From NCBI GenBank assembly GCA_965153285.1, contig OZ229119.1: DNA of 64,000 nucleotides. One strand, given 5' to 3'. Under the pieces are notes generated by a model. The model ran no database searches and was not told the DNA's origin. It was given only the letters and a program-made list of their open reading frames with translations. Source of the DNA: Podarcis tiliguerta. Its lineage: Eukaryota. The translations under genes and the position numbers were made by a program. Every line of letters begins with the position of its first letter. Within the stretch, counting starts at the first letter, position 1. This document shows, piece after piece, positions 1-18,400 of the stretch.

Positions 1-457
1 ATTTAGAGTCAAAGTCTGGTTGCTTGACAAATGTCAAAAATTTGTTCAAAAGTGAGGGCATGGCTGCATCTCCAGCTGCATCAGACAGCGGCCTGGTAAA
101 ATTGTCATAGTGTATTAGATGCTATTGCTGGGGTTTGAAAGGGTGGTGCAAGCAAATACTTCATTTAATTTTCCTGCACTTGATAGACAAGTTCCGACTA
201 TAAACCACAGAATTTAATCTTGATAAACCAAGCTGAATAAAATGTGGTTGGCTTTGCATGTTCCAGATGTTGAGGAAGGAATTGATGGTTGAGGAAGAAT
301 TTATATATAAAAATGTGGTGGTGGTGGTGTTCCTTTTTATTACATAAAAATGCTTTGGGTGATATTGTCACATTTTTGTAGCATTTATTTTTGGAATTTC
401 TCTTGCAACAACTCCTGCCATTGAACCTTTTGCTTTGTTTTTTTCGTTTCTCTTTAG

Positions 458-5279
<4,822 letters not shown>

Positions 5280-7225
5280 GACATCTTACTGCTACCAGAA
5301 CTGTTGACTTGCAGCAGGAAAAATTCCTGTCTGGTCCCGTCTTCCACTTTTAGTACTTTTTGTATGTAACATTTTCATTAATCAATGTTCCAGAGGTCTC
5401 ATTTTTCAGGATTTCTGAGCAATGAGGCAGTAATACTGAACAATTGCTCTATGAAGTGTTTTGGAGCTCAAGCAAACAAACACATTAAGTTTTGCATGAC
5501 AGATGTTGAATTTATTAAACATTCTCAGATGTGGCTGTATTTTTGCACCAACAAGTGTTTGATAACAGTCTAAAAGCATGGAGATGTACTGTATTTCCAT
5601 AGTTCCTGTGAAATAATCTTGTGGGTATTTTGTAACACAACCACCTACAGTTTCTGATGGCAAGTAAGTAGAAGTGTTAGTTTCTGTCTGGTTTTTGGCT
5701 TCTGTTGCTGTAAAAGCTTCATCTGTGTCAGCCTAAGGATGAGAAAGGAATTACGTCTTGGTAATTGCTGAGAGAAAACAAACTGAATACAGGTTTACTG
5801 GTTTTGTATATAAATGTAGATGCTGGTGGTGGAGGCAGCAAAAGTAATCTTGTTTTGTGAGGATGTCTGCATTAAAGCAGTGAATAAGCTTCCTATTTTA
5901 TTCATAACCTAATGTTTTCTATGTTTTGGCTGTACCATTACATAAAGGCCAAACACCTTGAAGTATTAGATACAAGTTAAATATCTTTTATAGGTTTTAT
6001 ATTAAAATATATGGTTATGATTTTTGTGTGAATGGTCTGATATTGTAACTGTGATAATGGATTCAAAATTATGTGAGCAATAAAGACGCAATTGGCAGGT
6101 ACTCAAACACTTTGTGAAAAGCTGTTATTTATTACAAGGAGAAGCTCTGACAAAATTGACCACTGGGGAATATACTTTCCTATATGGTTTTGCTACCTAG
6201 GCATGTGTGAACTTAAACAGATGCACATATTTTTGGAAACAAGAATCTTGATTGTTAGAGCTTAGAAGTGCAGAACACTTACAGCAAGAATTTATGTTCA
6301 ATATTAAATGTGTGCATTGTTTACACCTAAAACTACAAAAATGCTGACCTTTAGTTGAAAATATCAAATAATTGGATTCAGTAATTCCTGTTGAAGCAGC
6401 ATAATTTGTCAATCCACCTGGATATTGCATAAGTGAAGAGATGGGAAACCAGCCAGTTTAAAATACATTTATTAAAGCCCAGTTTCTATTGTAGATATGG
6501 ATCTGCAGCATGAACTTGCACAAATGCACGTTTTCTTATGGTTAAGTGAACATGATGCACACTTCTGTAACAGAAAATCCTATTGTGCCTTACCTTTGTG
6601 CTTTTTTGTGGGCAACATGTTTAATAATGATGGACGGTTTCTTATCTTTGAAAAAAACTTGGTCTATGTCCTGGATGCTAATGAACAAGTATATGTAATA
6701 TAATCAGCCATGCAAAATTCTACTCACCAAGAACAAGTACATATTTTTGACCAGCGAGTAGATTTTTGTCAAGTCTGGTAAATTTTTCATGAGATTTACT
6801 ATATACATATACAAATATGTACAATATATATGTATATGTATTATATGTATATAATCAGATTTTGCTGTATTTGTGCATCATAGTGATTTATTGAGCTGAG
6901 TAACCATCTTGTGACCTGTTGCAAGTGTGAATGTAAAATTTAGTTGTGGCAGTTTAAAAGGTTGCCTTTTGATGCAGTCGCATCGTTCTTGCTTCTAAAC
7001 TATTTGTAAACACACTGTACATTTATTATAGTAATCTGTACTATTATGCAGCTTATTTTACCTTTAAAATGTTGACCAATATTCCTCCCTGCAAGACAGA
7101 TGGGAATGTGTATAATACCTTGGACATTTGAGAAAAATCAGATGTTTGTAATTTGTAATTTGTCCTGTAAAAACACAAAAGCAAAACTAAACTAATTAAA
7201 GATTTATTAGGGCTTTTTACACACG
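5280..7225 (+). other. LEMD3: LEMD3 3' UTR (probable extent)
   Basis: AT-rich stretch after the stop with no recognisable TE; AATAAA at 6079-6084, and ATTAAA at 7195-7200 followed by a GT/T-rich tract; the end point is inferred. Confidence 0.6.
7195..7200 (+). terminator. Candidate distal polyadenylation signal (ATTAAA) of LEMD3
   Basis: ATTAAA with downstream gtgtcagtttttgtg (GU-rich element) about 25-40 nt later. Confidence 0.5.
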
Positions 7226-8215
7226 TGTCAGTTTTTGTGACATTCTGGGTCTTATGACAGCTCTTGTATACTTCTTTTTTGGGGGTGGAAGAAGGCAAGG
7301 AAGAGGGTTCAATGTAGACTGCAGCACAAAGAGCCATACTATACCACATTCCACATAAACAGTGTTTTTCATGCTGTCAGTTTCTGCTAAAAGTACTGAA
7401 AAATTGAGAGCCTTAGTTTGACACCAACTCCAAGTTAGATACCATTGGTACATTATGTGGCTTGCCATCAGAATTCCATAAATATGTGTGCTTATAGAAG
7501 GTGGTGAGATAACTAATATATACAAAAATGTAATTGCAAGAGAACCTGTTTGGTTTCAGCCATTCATTTAAACCTTCTTTGTATAGTGAGTGGAAAAGAC
7601 AACTTTAGAAGATGCTCAACTCCCTGTTTACAAGAAACAAAATGGAGAAAGTATAGGAACACCACAAAAGGCATTCGTTATTTTAAAGATTCTTCAATAC
7701 TCTATAAAGACCCCAAACTTCCTGCTTTTATCAGTTGTCTTTATGAAAACTGTTGGGTGTACCTGGAAAACATAGTACATACCTACTGCCATTCAGAGAC
7801 CTTGGTGTACTGCTGCTGGGCGTTCATGCTCCCAGTGTCTCTTGGCGGTGGTCTTTTCTTTTAAAAGCAGTGTTTTTAATGTGAGCTTTTTCTAGCCTTA
7901 TGATTCAGTCTGCCAAATGTGCCAAAGCTGAACAGCAGTGAGCCCTTTGATTTATGTGCCTTTGTGAAATCTTTTAAAGTAGTACTTCTTTATTTCTTTC
8001 ACCAGGTTTTATGAGAGGGGAAACAATGCATTTGTTTATGTTGATGCTTTTAAGTCATTTCAGCATCTGAGGGAGTAGACTCTAGAAGCTCATGTCCCTG
8101 AAGGAAGCTGGAAGTTCCTATTTTAATAAGCTGCAGACTAATCCAGTTCTGCCCTTAAAAATCTTTTTATTGTGCCTTCTTGAAACCTCCTTAGGAATTA
8201 TCCCTCAAAGTGGGT

Positions 8216-8345
8216 GGGGCTGTAGCTCTAAGGTGTGCAAAAGGTCCCGCATTCAATCCCCAACATCTCCAGGTAGTGCTGGCAGAGACCCATGTCTAAA
8301 ACCCTGGAGAAGTACTACCAGTCAGTGTAGAAAATACCGACCAAT
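8216..8345 (+). mobile_element. Degenerate tRNA-derived squamate SINE fragment
   Basis: GGGGCTGTAGCTC...AAGGTCCC...TTCAATCCCC head (A/B-box-like), followed by accctggag...ccagtcagtgtag body. Confidence 0.5.
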
Positions 8346-9052
8346 AGTAAATACCAACTAACCTTAGACTTGGGTCCTCAGCTGTTGGACTGCAAGTCCC
8401 ATCATGCCTGGCCATGGGTCGCCCTGGCTATGGATGATGGGAGTTGTAGTCTTAACGGCTAGTGATCCAAGTTTGAGAACTACTGAATTCTGATCTTTTT
8501 GCTGCACCACTATGCAGCTCTGCCATGGATTTTGTAGGCTTCAAGCTTGCTTTTTTTAAAAAAACAAAAACAAAACCGCCCCCCCTCCAATTACTTACTT
8601 GGACATAACAAGGCAAGAGTTCTGATGACTTCTTTCCATCCTGGGTATGGTTGGGATGCTTATCTGTATTACACTTTTATCATGTTCTGGTCTTTTTCTA
8701 AATAGCTCTATGAAGAGCCCTCGTATTTTAAAAAAGTCTGACCTACCCAGCTTATGCCTCATAGTAGATGCTGAAGAAATGCAAATGGAAAGGTTAATGT
8801 AGCTAGTGCCTGAGTTGGCTTCCACGCCCCCGCTCCTTCTTTTGCATCTGTCTTTTAGGCTGCGATCCTAGGAGCGTGGGGATACGGGTTGCTTTCTTTA
8901 CAGATCTCTCTGCTAGCCTGTCTACTTGTTTTGGACTTGGGAGAAGCTGGCTGGAGGAGGGAAGGGAAAAAAAAAAAAAGCCAATCAAATAAAACGCCGT
9001 GCTTGCAGCAGAGCTCTGAAAAGGCACACGGCCAAATTCCAGCTGGAAGCAG

Positions 9053-9252
9053 NNNNNNNNNNNNNNNNNNNNNNNNNNNNNNNNNNNNNNNNNNNNNNNN
9101 NNNNNNNNNNNNNNNNNNNNNNNNNNNNNNNNNNNNNNNNNNNNNNNNNNNNNNNNNNNNNNNNNNNNNNNNNNNNNNNNNNNNNNNNNNNNNNNNNNNN
9201 NNNNNNNNNNNNNNNNNNNNNNNNNNNNNNNNNNNNNNNNNNNNNNNNNNNN
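9053..9252. other. Assembly gap (200 N)
   Basis: Run of exactly 200 N inside the GC-rich promoter. Confidence 0.99.
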
Positions 9253-9291
9253 GGGCGGCGTAGCTGAGGGGAGACGGTGCCTTCAGACCCG

Positions 9292-9343
9292 GCTGCTGCT
9301 GCTGCTGCTGTTTCTTCTTTTCCTCCTCCCTCCTCCTCCTCCT
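9292..9343 (+). repeat. (GCT)6 and (CCT)n trinucleotide runs upstream of the MSRB3 ATG (probable 5' UTR)
   Basis: gctgctgctgctgctgct 9292-9309; cctcctccctcctcctcctcctc ~9322-9344. Confidence 0.8.
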
Positions 9344-9381
9344 CGTTCTTCCCGCGTTTACTTTCCGCCTCGCCGCCCTCC

Positions 9382-9451
9382 ATGCGCGCGGAGTTTCCCT
9401 CGCTGCTGCTCAACTTCTCTTGCCTTGTGGCGGCCGCTGCGCCGGTGGCAG
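9382..9451 (+). CDS. MSRB3: MSRB3 exon 1 coding part: ER signal peptide
   Basis: ATG CGC GCG...GTG GCA G|gtaagg; [23 protein letters not shown] (hydrophobic core, small residues at cleavage region); phase-1 donor matches the acceptor at 31406. Confidence 0.8.
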
Positions 9452-12400
9452 GTAAGGGAGACGTCGCCGCCCGTCATTGCTGCAGACCGGGCAGCCTGCC
9501 TTGCCCTGCCTGCTTGACTCCCTTAGGATTTCTAGAGCTTTCCATCCCGGCCCCGCTTTCTCTCCCCCCCCCCCCGCCCAGACCCCACACCACCTGAAAA
9601 GTCTAGGGAAAGTTAGCCATGTCATCCCTTCCCGAAGCTCAGGCATGTCTACTCGGGAGTAAGAACCCACTGAGTTCCGTTGGCACTTGTTCCCAGGTAA
9701 GTGGGCACAGCAAGAAGCACCCCTAGCCTAGGAGTCCTAACTCCTAAGGGCTGAGGTGTCTTCACCTCCCTTCCCCCCCCATAAAATATTTGAGGTCCCC
9801 CCCCCAAAAAAAGTTGATAGGCATTGCCATTCAAATGGTTACATGTGCACCCTGAATTATTATCGATTTTGTGACGGGCGGGGCTTACTCCCCCCCCCCC
9901 CAATATTTTGATCAAGTTGGCACCCGGACTCCTAGACTGCAGCCCACTTAACCTGGGAGCAGGTGCCATAGAAACTAAAGGGATTTTCCTATGAGTAAAA
10001 AAATCAAAAACAATCCACGCACACAAATGTCTTTGGAATGTTGGACAGTATGCTTATCTAAAAGGAAAAACCTTTACTTTTTGTTTCGAGGGGTTAAGAA
10101 GGTAATTGTGGCCATAAAACCAAGGGCTGGTAATGATTTCTGGGTTAAATATGTCTGTAAAGGTTGCCCTGCTTGGAGGATCGCAGGAAGGCCCTAGTAT
10201 AATGTTTCCAATGGCGGGTAGCCACATCACGGCCTCTGGAAGCTCCCGACAGGAGCATGACGTACAAATTTGCATGTTGCCTATGTCCAGTTAGCTAACT
10301 TTAGCATCAGGATTTAATGATCTTGTGGTGTGGTGTCCTCTTTAGATAGCGGTGTGTGTTACAAACTGTGTTAAACCAGCCCCAGCTGCATTTAGGAACC
10401 CTGCACTTCTGTCCGAAAGTCCTGCCTGGACAGCAGCACTGCTTATCTGGCAACAAAATCCAAAGGGTACTGTACTTTATTTGGTTTGCTTTTGGCACCT
10501 GCAGTAGGCTGGAGGGTAATGGGAGGGGTGAACCCTCACCCGCATAATACAGGGTTGCCTCTAGATCCTCTTTGTAAGGATCCTATGCTGGAGGAATTTA
10601 CATTTGTTTTCTCATTTTGGATGTAATAATTGCCAAAGCAAATCGTGTTCTAAAGGAGAAGTCATTTAATGGTCCAAAGTGAGCTTATGACTCGTGAATA
10701 GAAATAAAGCTGTTGGCAACTTTCTGGACTCTTGAGAATGTATGTCCTAACTGGCCATGGAATGTTGGAATGCTAGATATAAGTCACATCCTACTTAGGG
10801 CTTGGGAAATAGTTTACTCTTGTTTTAATGCTGTGGAACCATGATGCGCAAGTGAAATCATTTCAATCTCTGTACACAAAGTTCAGAATAGATACAGAAG
10901 ACTAGGAGGAGCTCCTTTTTTGAATTCATAAATGAGGGTTAATACTTTACACACAGAACTATGCATATATAAACGGATAAATGAATCCTTGCAAAAAAAA
11001 ATAGCAGACAATCAATCTTTTATCAGCTAATTACTTTGAAGGTTGTGGGACTTCAGATTGTAAAACTTCCTTTTCTAGTTGCTGATATTGAATCCTCTAA
11101 CAAAAAATAATAGCATGACCTAGAACAGAAAGAGGAAGCCTAAGATACACAATATATTAGAGTTAGCAAAGTTAATGGATAAACTACGTGAAAAGGACAA
11201 TAGCAATTTTGAAAAAGAAACTCTTTACAATATATTTGCAGAAACAAAAAAACAAAACAAAAACATGGACTCATTGGCATAAAACATTTACAATTTTATT
11301 TATAGAGAACAAGAAGTATAACAATATGATATACAAGAAGTATGACAATATGATAACAATACAACAAACAGCAAAAAGTATCATTTGATGTAATAAACCA
11401 GAAATGGAAGCTAAGGGAAGTCAACAAGGAGGGGGGAAATTGGAAAATGGTTGTTTTGTAATTATACTGGATATTTGTTACAGGAAAAGAAAACCAGTAA
11501 AAAGATACACAATGTATTAACATTTAGGTCTTTTTCTAAAGTTTATTGTAAGATGGAAACAAGGATGTAAATTAGTGCTGTGAAAAAATATTCTATCTTG
11601 GAATAAGATCAGAAAGATGCTTTATTCTACATTGAGAGACACTTTTTTGTTGTTCATCTCCCAGAATCTTGGGCAGGCATTCAAAGCTGCAAGGTGGTCC
11701 AACAGATATTGCCTCCTCGTGTCCTGCTACCACCTTTGCCTAGTCAGCTGGAATTCAGGGAAAGGACTCCGCTTTCTGAACAGTGTTGACAATTCAGGGA
11801 TTCCCTCATGCCTATCAGCTAAGCCATGTCAAGGATCCCAATTCCTTTGGATGATGTCACTGGAAATAGTTCCCTCTTTATGGAATGCCTCCCTGGTGAG
11901 ATGCATCTGTCTCACTCATTATTAACTTTCAGAAGGAATTTTAAAACATTCCTGTTTATGCAGGCGTTTGATTGCAGTAATATGCTTGGCAGCCTTGAAA
12001 TTATTAGCTCTGAGGATAAGTGACTTTCATTTTTAAAAATGTTTTTAATTTCTTAAAAGTTATAATTCCTATTCAGTTTTTGAATGCTGAATTCTCATTT
12101 CTTATTCTTAAATACATTCCTGTGTTCCTTCAGTGCACATTGGAATTAGTAGTAGCATACTGCTCACAAGATTATATAGATAGAATGACATGTGCCTTCC
12201 CCATATTGTAACTCAGGGTGGCCCAACTTTTCATCCTAAGTGGGCAGCAAAAGTGCTTTTACACAGAACCCACAGGTTTCACATTACCTTTTCATGTGGG
12301 GATGGGGGGGAGCAAGGTCAAAGTTTGATGCCCCCCCCCCAGCCATTGCACTGCCTTTGCAAAGCTAGCTAAGCAAGGCACAGGGCTTTGGGAAGGAGGT

Positions 12401-15400
12401 ATGAGGCTCTGGCAGGATCCTTAAGCCCTTCTACCTCTTTTCCAAAGCTTGGAAAAGTGCTAACTAGGCTTTCAGAAGGAGGCTGGAGGACTCTAGAGCC
12501 CTCATTCCTCCTTCCCAAAACCCAATGCCTTGCTTACCTGGCTTGGGGAATTATACATCTCTGCTTCTTGGGAGAAAAGCAATGACAAACCTAGACAGCA
12601 CCCTAAAAAGCAGAGACATCACCTTGCCAACAAAGGTCCGTATAGTTAAAGCTATGGTTTTCCCAGTAGTGATGTATGGAAGTGAGAGCTGGACCATAAA
12701 GAAGGCTGATCGCCGAAGAATTGATGCTTTTGAATTATGGTGCTGGAGGAGACTCTTGAGAGTCCCATGGTCTGCAAGAAGATCAAACCTATCCATTCTG
12801 AAGGAAATCAGCCCTGAGTGCTCACTGGAAGGACAGATCGTGAAGCTGAGGCTCCAATACTTTGGCCACCTCATGAGAAGAGAAGACTCCCTGGAAAAGA
12901 CCCTGATGCTGGGAAAGATGGAGGGCACAAGGAGAAGGGGACGACAGAAGACGAGATGGTTGGGCAGTGTTCTCGAAGCTTCTAAAATGAGTTTGACCAA
13001 ACTGCAGGAGGCAGTGGAATACAGGAGTGCCTGGCGTGCTCTGGTCCATGGGGTCACGAAGAGTCGGACATGACTAAACGACTAAACAACAACAACAAAG
13101 GTGACAGTTGCATAGAATATATTAGGAGAGGAATGAAGCGTTTTGTATATCAGTGGAATATAAACAGGTGATGAATACGAACTTGTAGTGTACCAATAGA
13201 GTATCGGGAACTCGGTAGCTCAGCCAGTGGGATTACTTTCACCTCCCAAGCAAGCCTCCCTTACCAAAGAAAACTGGGAATGCACTTTTAGGGCCCATTG
13301 GCAGCAGCATCTCTACCTGCTCCACAACTGATGCCACATTTGACCTTAGGTGTGGGGCAAGTGAGTGTGGGTTTCAGAAAATGGCCTCTCAGACCAAACT
13401 GGGACCAGTGCTGGGTCTAATTATGCCCATTGGCTAGAGGTTCTCCATGCCTGGTTTAGCTCACGTTCTATAATAGTAGATGTGAATCCACCCAGATCAC
13501 TTTGATTCCAACCTACTGCTGAGAATTTCTACTTGCTTGCTGACTCACTACTGTTTCTTATGGGACACTTTTTTATGCTTGCTTTTATAGTTCTGTGCTA
13601 ATGCCTAGGGTGTAGTTTCCTTCTTTGTGTTGTTGTTGTTGGAGTTTGCCAAGGAATGTGAGCAAGAGAGCCCTTCAAGACTTATTTCCAACGGAATTTC
13701 CATGTGACTATTAAGCTTAAACATTTGTTCCTATATTATTTTAAAGGTTTAGTCCTCTTGAGATTATAATATTTGGTTTAACGATATTTATTTCTGCACT
13801 TGATATAAAAGTATCAGATGTCCACGTCCTAATGGCAACCTATGAAAACATAATTAAAGATTTGAAAAAGCTCTGCAAAGTACTATAGACTCTGCCATAA
13901 AAGCTTATGCCACAATTCATTTGTTAGTGTTTACGGTGCTGCATGACTTCTTGTTAATATTGTATGTCTCTCTTATCCATCTTAACTATTAGTTTCCCCA
14001 GGATACAATATCTGTCTGCTTATATAAGAGGAAAAGGTTTGTGTTGGGCTTTTTATTCTGAACTGACAAAAGACTTCAAATACTCTTACTGATTTTTCCC
14101 TTGAGTTGAAGGTTAGAGAGATGGTGAATTGGAGCAGACAGCTTCAGTATCTGCTGTTTTAGTATTTGTTGTAGCATAGTCACACCTAAATATCAGAACG
14201 TAAATCCTTACAGCCAAAGAGTGCCACCAAATGCAGTGCTTTAATTTTTTTTAGAAGTTAATGGTAACCATTCATTTATGGAAAAAAACTCCTGCTCTAG
14301 TGCATTCGGGGACACCAGTGGTGCAGGGACTGGCCCTCCAGATGTTTTGGGACTACAACTCCCATCATCCTTAGCTAACAGGACCAGTGGTCAGGGATGA
14401 TGGGAGTTGTAGTCCCAAAACATCTGGAGGGCCGAGTTTGCCTATGCCTGGTCTATTTACTGCCCCTGGTTATCCGGGACTGTTCATATCAGCAACACTC
14501 TTTGATTCTTTTAAATACTGTTCATCTACAATCTTTCAAATGTTGCTATCCATCTTAATACCATGGTTATTTACAGTTATATAAATTGGTCAAACTTAAA
14601 AATCAGGTTTAACTGAATTAGGGGAAATGTTTGTGTGGGAGTGTTTAAATTGGCTTTATTCTAATCTTGTTTAAGGTGGCAAGGAATCAGATTAAACTAA
14701 GCCAACTAAGGCGATTTTAAAGGAGAATAGGTGTCTCCACTAACTGGATTTTCACCTATTTAATTAAATAAGATTTCAAAAAGATTTTTGTTCAAACTAG
14801 GCCAGAATCATTCCTTTAAACAGAGAATTGGCTCATGCATTGAGTGTTTAAAAGCAGATCTGCAGTACTGTACAGCAGAAAGTAGATCTTGCCTGGCAAT
14901 GTAGCAGCCTCCTCTGGCACGTACAGAGTTTACCAAGGCGCTAGTTTAATCTACTGCATCCAAAAATGCTTAACTGAGCACCTGTGCCATCTGTAGCCCT
15001 TTTCTGGAGGGAAGACCCTGGAACATGGGCCCTGGAACTTTGACTATAACATCAGTTTTCAAGGACAAGAAGAGACTAATATAATTACCCCCATGATTGT
15101 ATATCTTTTTTTGTGCACATTTCTGTGGATTGCCTTCTAATTATAGATCCATTCTCTGTTACAGAAGTGGTGATCCATTTTCGGTCTGAGGGCCATATTT
15201 CCTCATGGGCAGCCTCATGGGCAGCCACATACCAGTGGTGGGCAGGGCCCAGGGTCAACAATTCTACTCTTCTACTGGATTCTACTCTTACCTTTGTCCA
15301 GTAGGCTATATTAAAGGTAAAGGTACCCCTGCCCATACGGGCCAGTCTTGACAGACTCTAGGGTTGTGCGCCCATCTCACTCAAGAGGCCGGGGGCCAGC

Positions 15401-18400
15401 GCTGTCCGAAGACACTTCCGGGTCACGTGGCCAGCGTGACATCGCTGCTCTGGCGAGCCAGAGCTGCACACAGAAACGCCGTTTACCTTCCCGCTAGTAA
15501 GCGGTCCCTATTTATCTACTTGCACCCAAGAGTGCTTTCGAACTGCTAGGTTGGCAGGCGCTGGGACCGAACAGCAGGAGCGCACCCCGCCACGGGGATT
15601 CGAACCGCCGACCTTATGATCGGCAAGCCCTTGGCACTGAGGCTTTTACCCCCAGCGTCACCCGCGTCCCGTAGGCTATATTACAGCTACCCAAAAGTCA
15701 GGCGTTTCTACACCCTGACCCACCACCCTCAACAACTCTCTTCAAACAAGCAAGAAGTATTTTTTATCACAGTTCAAGAACACATTGCAGCCAGGCGAAA
15801 GCACCTGAGGACGGTGCAGAGCAGGACCAGTGATGGGTATTGCCTGGGGAGAATCTTCAGGAAAGACAGAAGTCCATAGAGGGCCACATTTGTATCCCAG
15901 GCTGGTTATTCCCCACCTGAGCTCTATTACAACACCAGAATATGCTCACTATGCTTCCTTGGGCATCATCCTTGATCTCTGAAAATTTCCTACACTAAAT
16001 GTCTCATCAACAGGATGCCTATGGATGCCTATGCATTGCCTGACCTCATTTTATGAGTCACCATAGCCCTGCTTGATCCTCTAGTGTGTACCACCCTTTG
16101 CATACTATGACTCTGGCACCTATATTCATTTTCCATACTCTCTACTGGATGAGTTGGTCTTTTTATATATTCTGCCAAGCGTATGGAATGCTCCCTTTTC
16201 CTAACTCACAGCAGCTATAAGCAGATGGAGCGTAGTTTCTGGGAAACACAAGGAAGTAAGTGCTCCACTGTTGTCTTATTACTTGCACATTGAGTCTAGG
16301 GGATTCCCCAGGATGGTTTTAGACTTGTCTTTTGCAAGAGTTTTAAACTGGTGGTTATTTTCTTTTATAGAGAACTACTGTGCTCATATCTTCTTGCAAG
16401 GAAAATGCAGCTATGTTAAATCCTCAGATCAATAGCTGGGCAAGTGCGCACTGTCATTTGGTTGTTCCACTGACATCAGCTGGACTTTTGTAATGAGTGC
16501 AATAACAAAGCAGAATTTACTGTTCTGTCCTTCTCATCAATCTGGCCCTTTTAAAAACCCGGCAATTTTAAATAAAAGTGGGGAACTACTAAAACACCTC
16601 CAACAATTCCAGGCCTGTACTAATATTATAAAAAATATAATTACCATTTGAATCTGGCAGTTGTGTCAAGTGCTTGTATATCTATTTACTACAAGCACTC
16701 AAATAATAGGAAAATTAGATGATAATCAATAATAATGATAAATGATAATATTTGATTGATGCCTGAACATGGGTGAGATGTTAGGAGGTTTGAGTTCCCT
16801 GTCTGCAAGGTGAGATATGATAAGAAATTCTCTTTGTCACCTGGACTGCACTAATAAAAATGACACTTCATGACATGTTGTGTTCTTTGGGGATTGGGCT
16901 GGGCTACAGAGGCCACAGAAAACAGAGAATTTGGGAATCGGTTTTGTGCCTGCATCATAAATGGAATGCCTGACTATTCATGGGAAGCAGGGAAAGGGGT
17001 TTAAAAGAAGACTCAGTAAATCAATTTGGTATTTACATTTTCAGACTTAATTTGTGTTCCCAATATTTTCTTCTTCTTCTTTTTAAATGCACAGTTGTGT
17101 TGCTTTTTTCCTTCTCCTAACTTCAGACTTGGCTGGAGTTTAGTCATTACGTAGGACAAGGGAGGATATGAAATCAATAATTCAGCTTTAATAATAGCCC
17201 ACAAAAGCTTCCATGACATAAGGGGAAGAGTTTTTCTCTCTCATGGTCACAGGCTGAACATTTGTGACACATAGTGAAAACCATTAGAAGGTAAAAAAAC
17301 AAACAAGTGTGTGTGTGTGTGTGTGTGTGTATCTATATATATATATGAGTTCAGTGAACAGTTTAAATCTCACTGTGGCATACATTTTTACTTTTAATGT
17401 CTGATGAAAATGGTATTTTATACATTATTAAAGAAAATGAGAAGACCATGATTGCTGCCAAAATGACTTTTGTAGTTACTGGCTTAAGTGTGTAAATTGT
17501 GAGAGACCAAGTTCTTTATGTAATTTTCACTCTAGTCATGAATTTGCTAGGTGCCCTGAGGCAAGCCGTTATCTCTTAGGCTCTGCAGTAAGAGGGTAAT
17601 ATTACTGACTACCTGTAAGGTAGGGTTGTTGTAAGGGTTACTAAGATCACATGTACATAAAGCACTCTGAATGAACTCTAAAGAGCTATATAAATGCTAA
17701 GTGTTAGCATCATCTAGATTTTTAACGCAGTAATTTAACATAGATGTGGCTGCTGCGTATGGTTCTGCACCTACAATTCTGATGGTTTAAAAATGTTTTC
17801 TTTATGTGGGTATTTTATGGGCTATTGACTCCCAATATGTAGTATCAGCAAATTCATTGACATTAAGAATTTACTGCAGCTTTGAGTGACTGTCAGTTCT
17901 CTGCTGTGCTAATGGCTTGTTAAGAAAGACATCTAACGACTTAGAACTGAACACAAGCCATTTCTATTCTAAGAAGCAATTATGTATGCTGACACAGCAT
18001 ATGCTATTGAAACAGCCGTTCTTACATGTTGTTCCAGCTAACTATGTATTTCATCTCATAACTATTAAATGTTCAGGTGGAAAACCCTGCTTGGTGACAT
18101 TTTGTCCCCCCCCCCCTCCATTTAATGCAGCCACCTACTTTAAAGCAAGTTCTTCAGTTTTAACCTTTCCATTAATTTGTTGACAAAATGTATAAATAAG
18201 GTATGACATTATAGGTTCAGCCAAAACTGACTTAGGAGGTGGAACCCTATTAACATAGAGGGGGTAAGTGGGATTACTGCAAATTGAGTTTTTCCTATGT
18301 TTCTCCATTGCAGACATTCCATTACAGTCTCTCAGCATTCTGTCATATTCCCTAATACTGATTTGAGTCTTCCTCTCCTTGTGCTAGGGTGGGTTAAACC

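Larger units (their letters stand above)
8810..9620 (+). promoter_or_regulatory. MSRB3: MSRB3 CpG-island promoter / first-exon region
   Basis: Sharp rise in GC and CpG content; CCACGCCCCC (Sp/KLF box) 8822-8831; AGCCAATCA (NF-Y CCAAT) 8979-8987; island continues across the N gap into exon 1. Confidence 0.75.

Noticed and set aside
8985-9413. Minus-strand 142-aa ORF (MSSSEGNS...EEEEEGGG...AAAAAA) and other ORFs crossing the gap
   Set aside because: Low-complexity antisense reading of the GC-rich MSRB3 5' region; the length is inflated by Ns.
12525-13073. 182-aa ORF and its 168-aa antisense ORF as host genes
   Set aside because: BovB LINE fragment; the antisense ORF is a by-product.
13898-13955. 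Possible Penelope-element terminal remnant (aaagcttatgcc...ttgttagt...ggtgc)
   Set aside because: Too short and diverged to support without a profile search.
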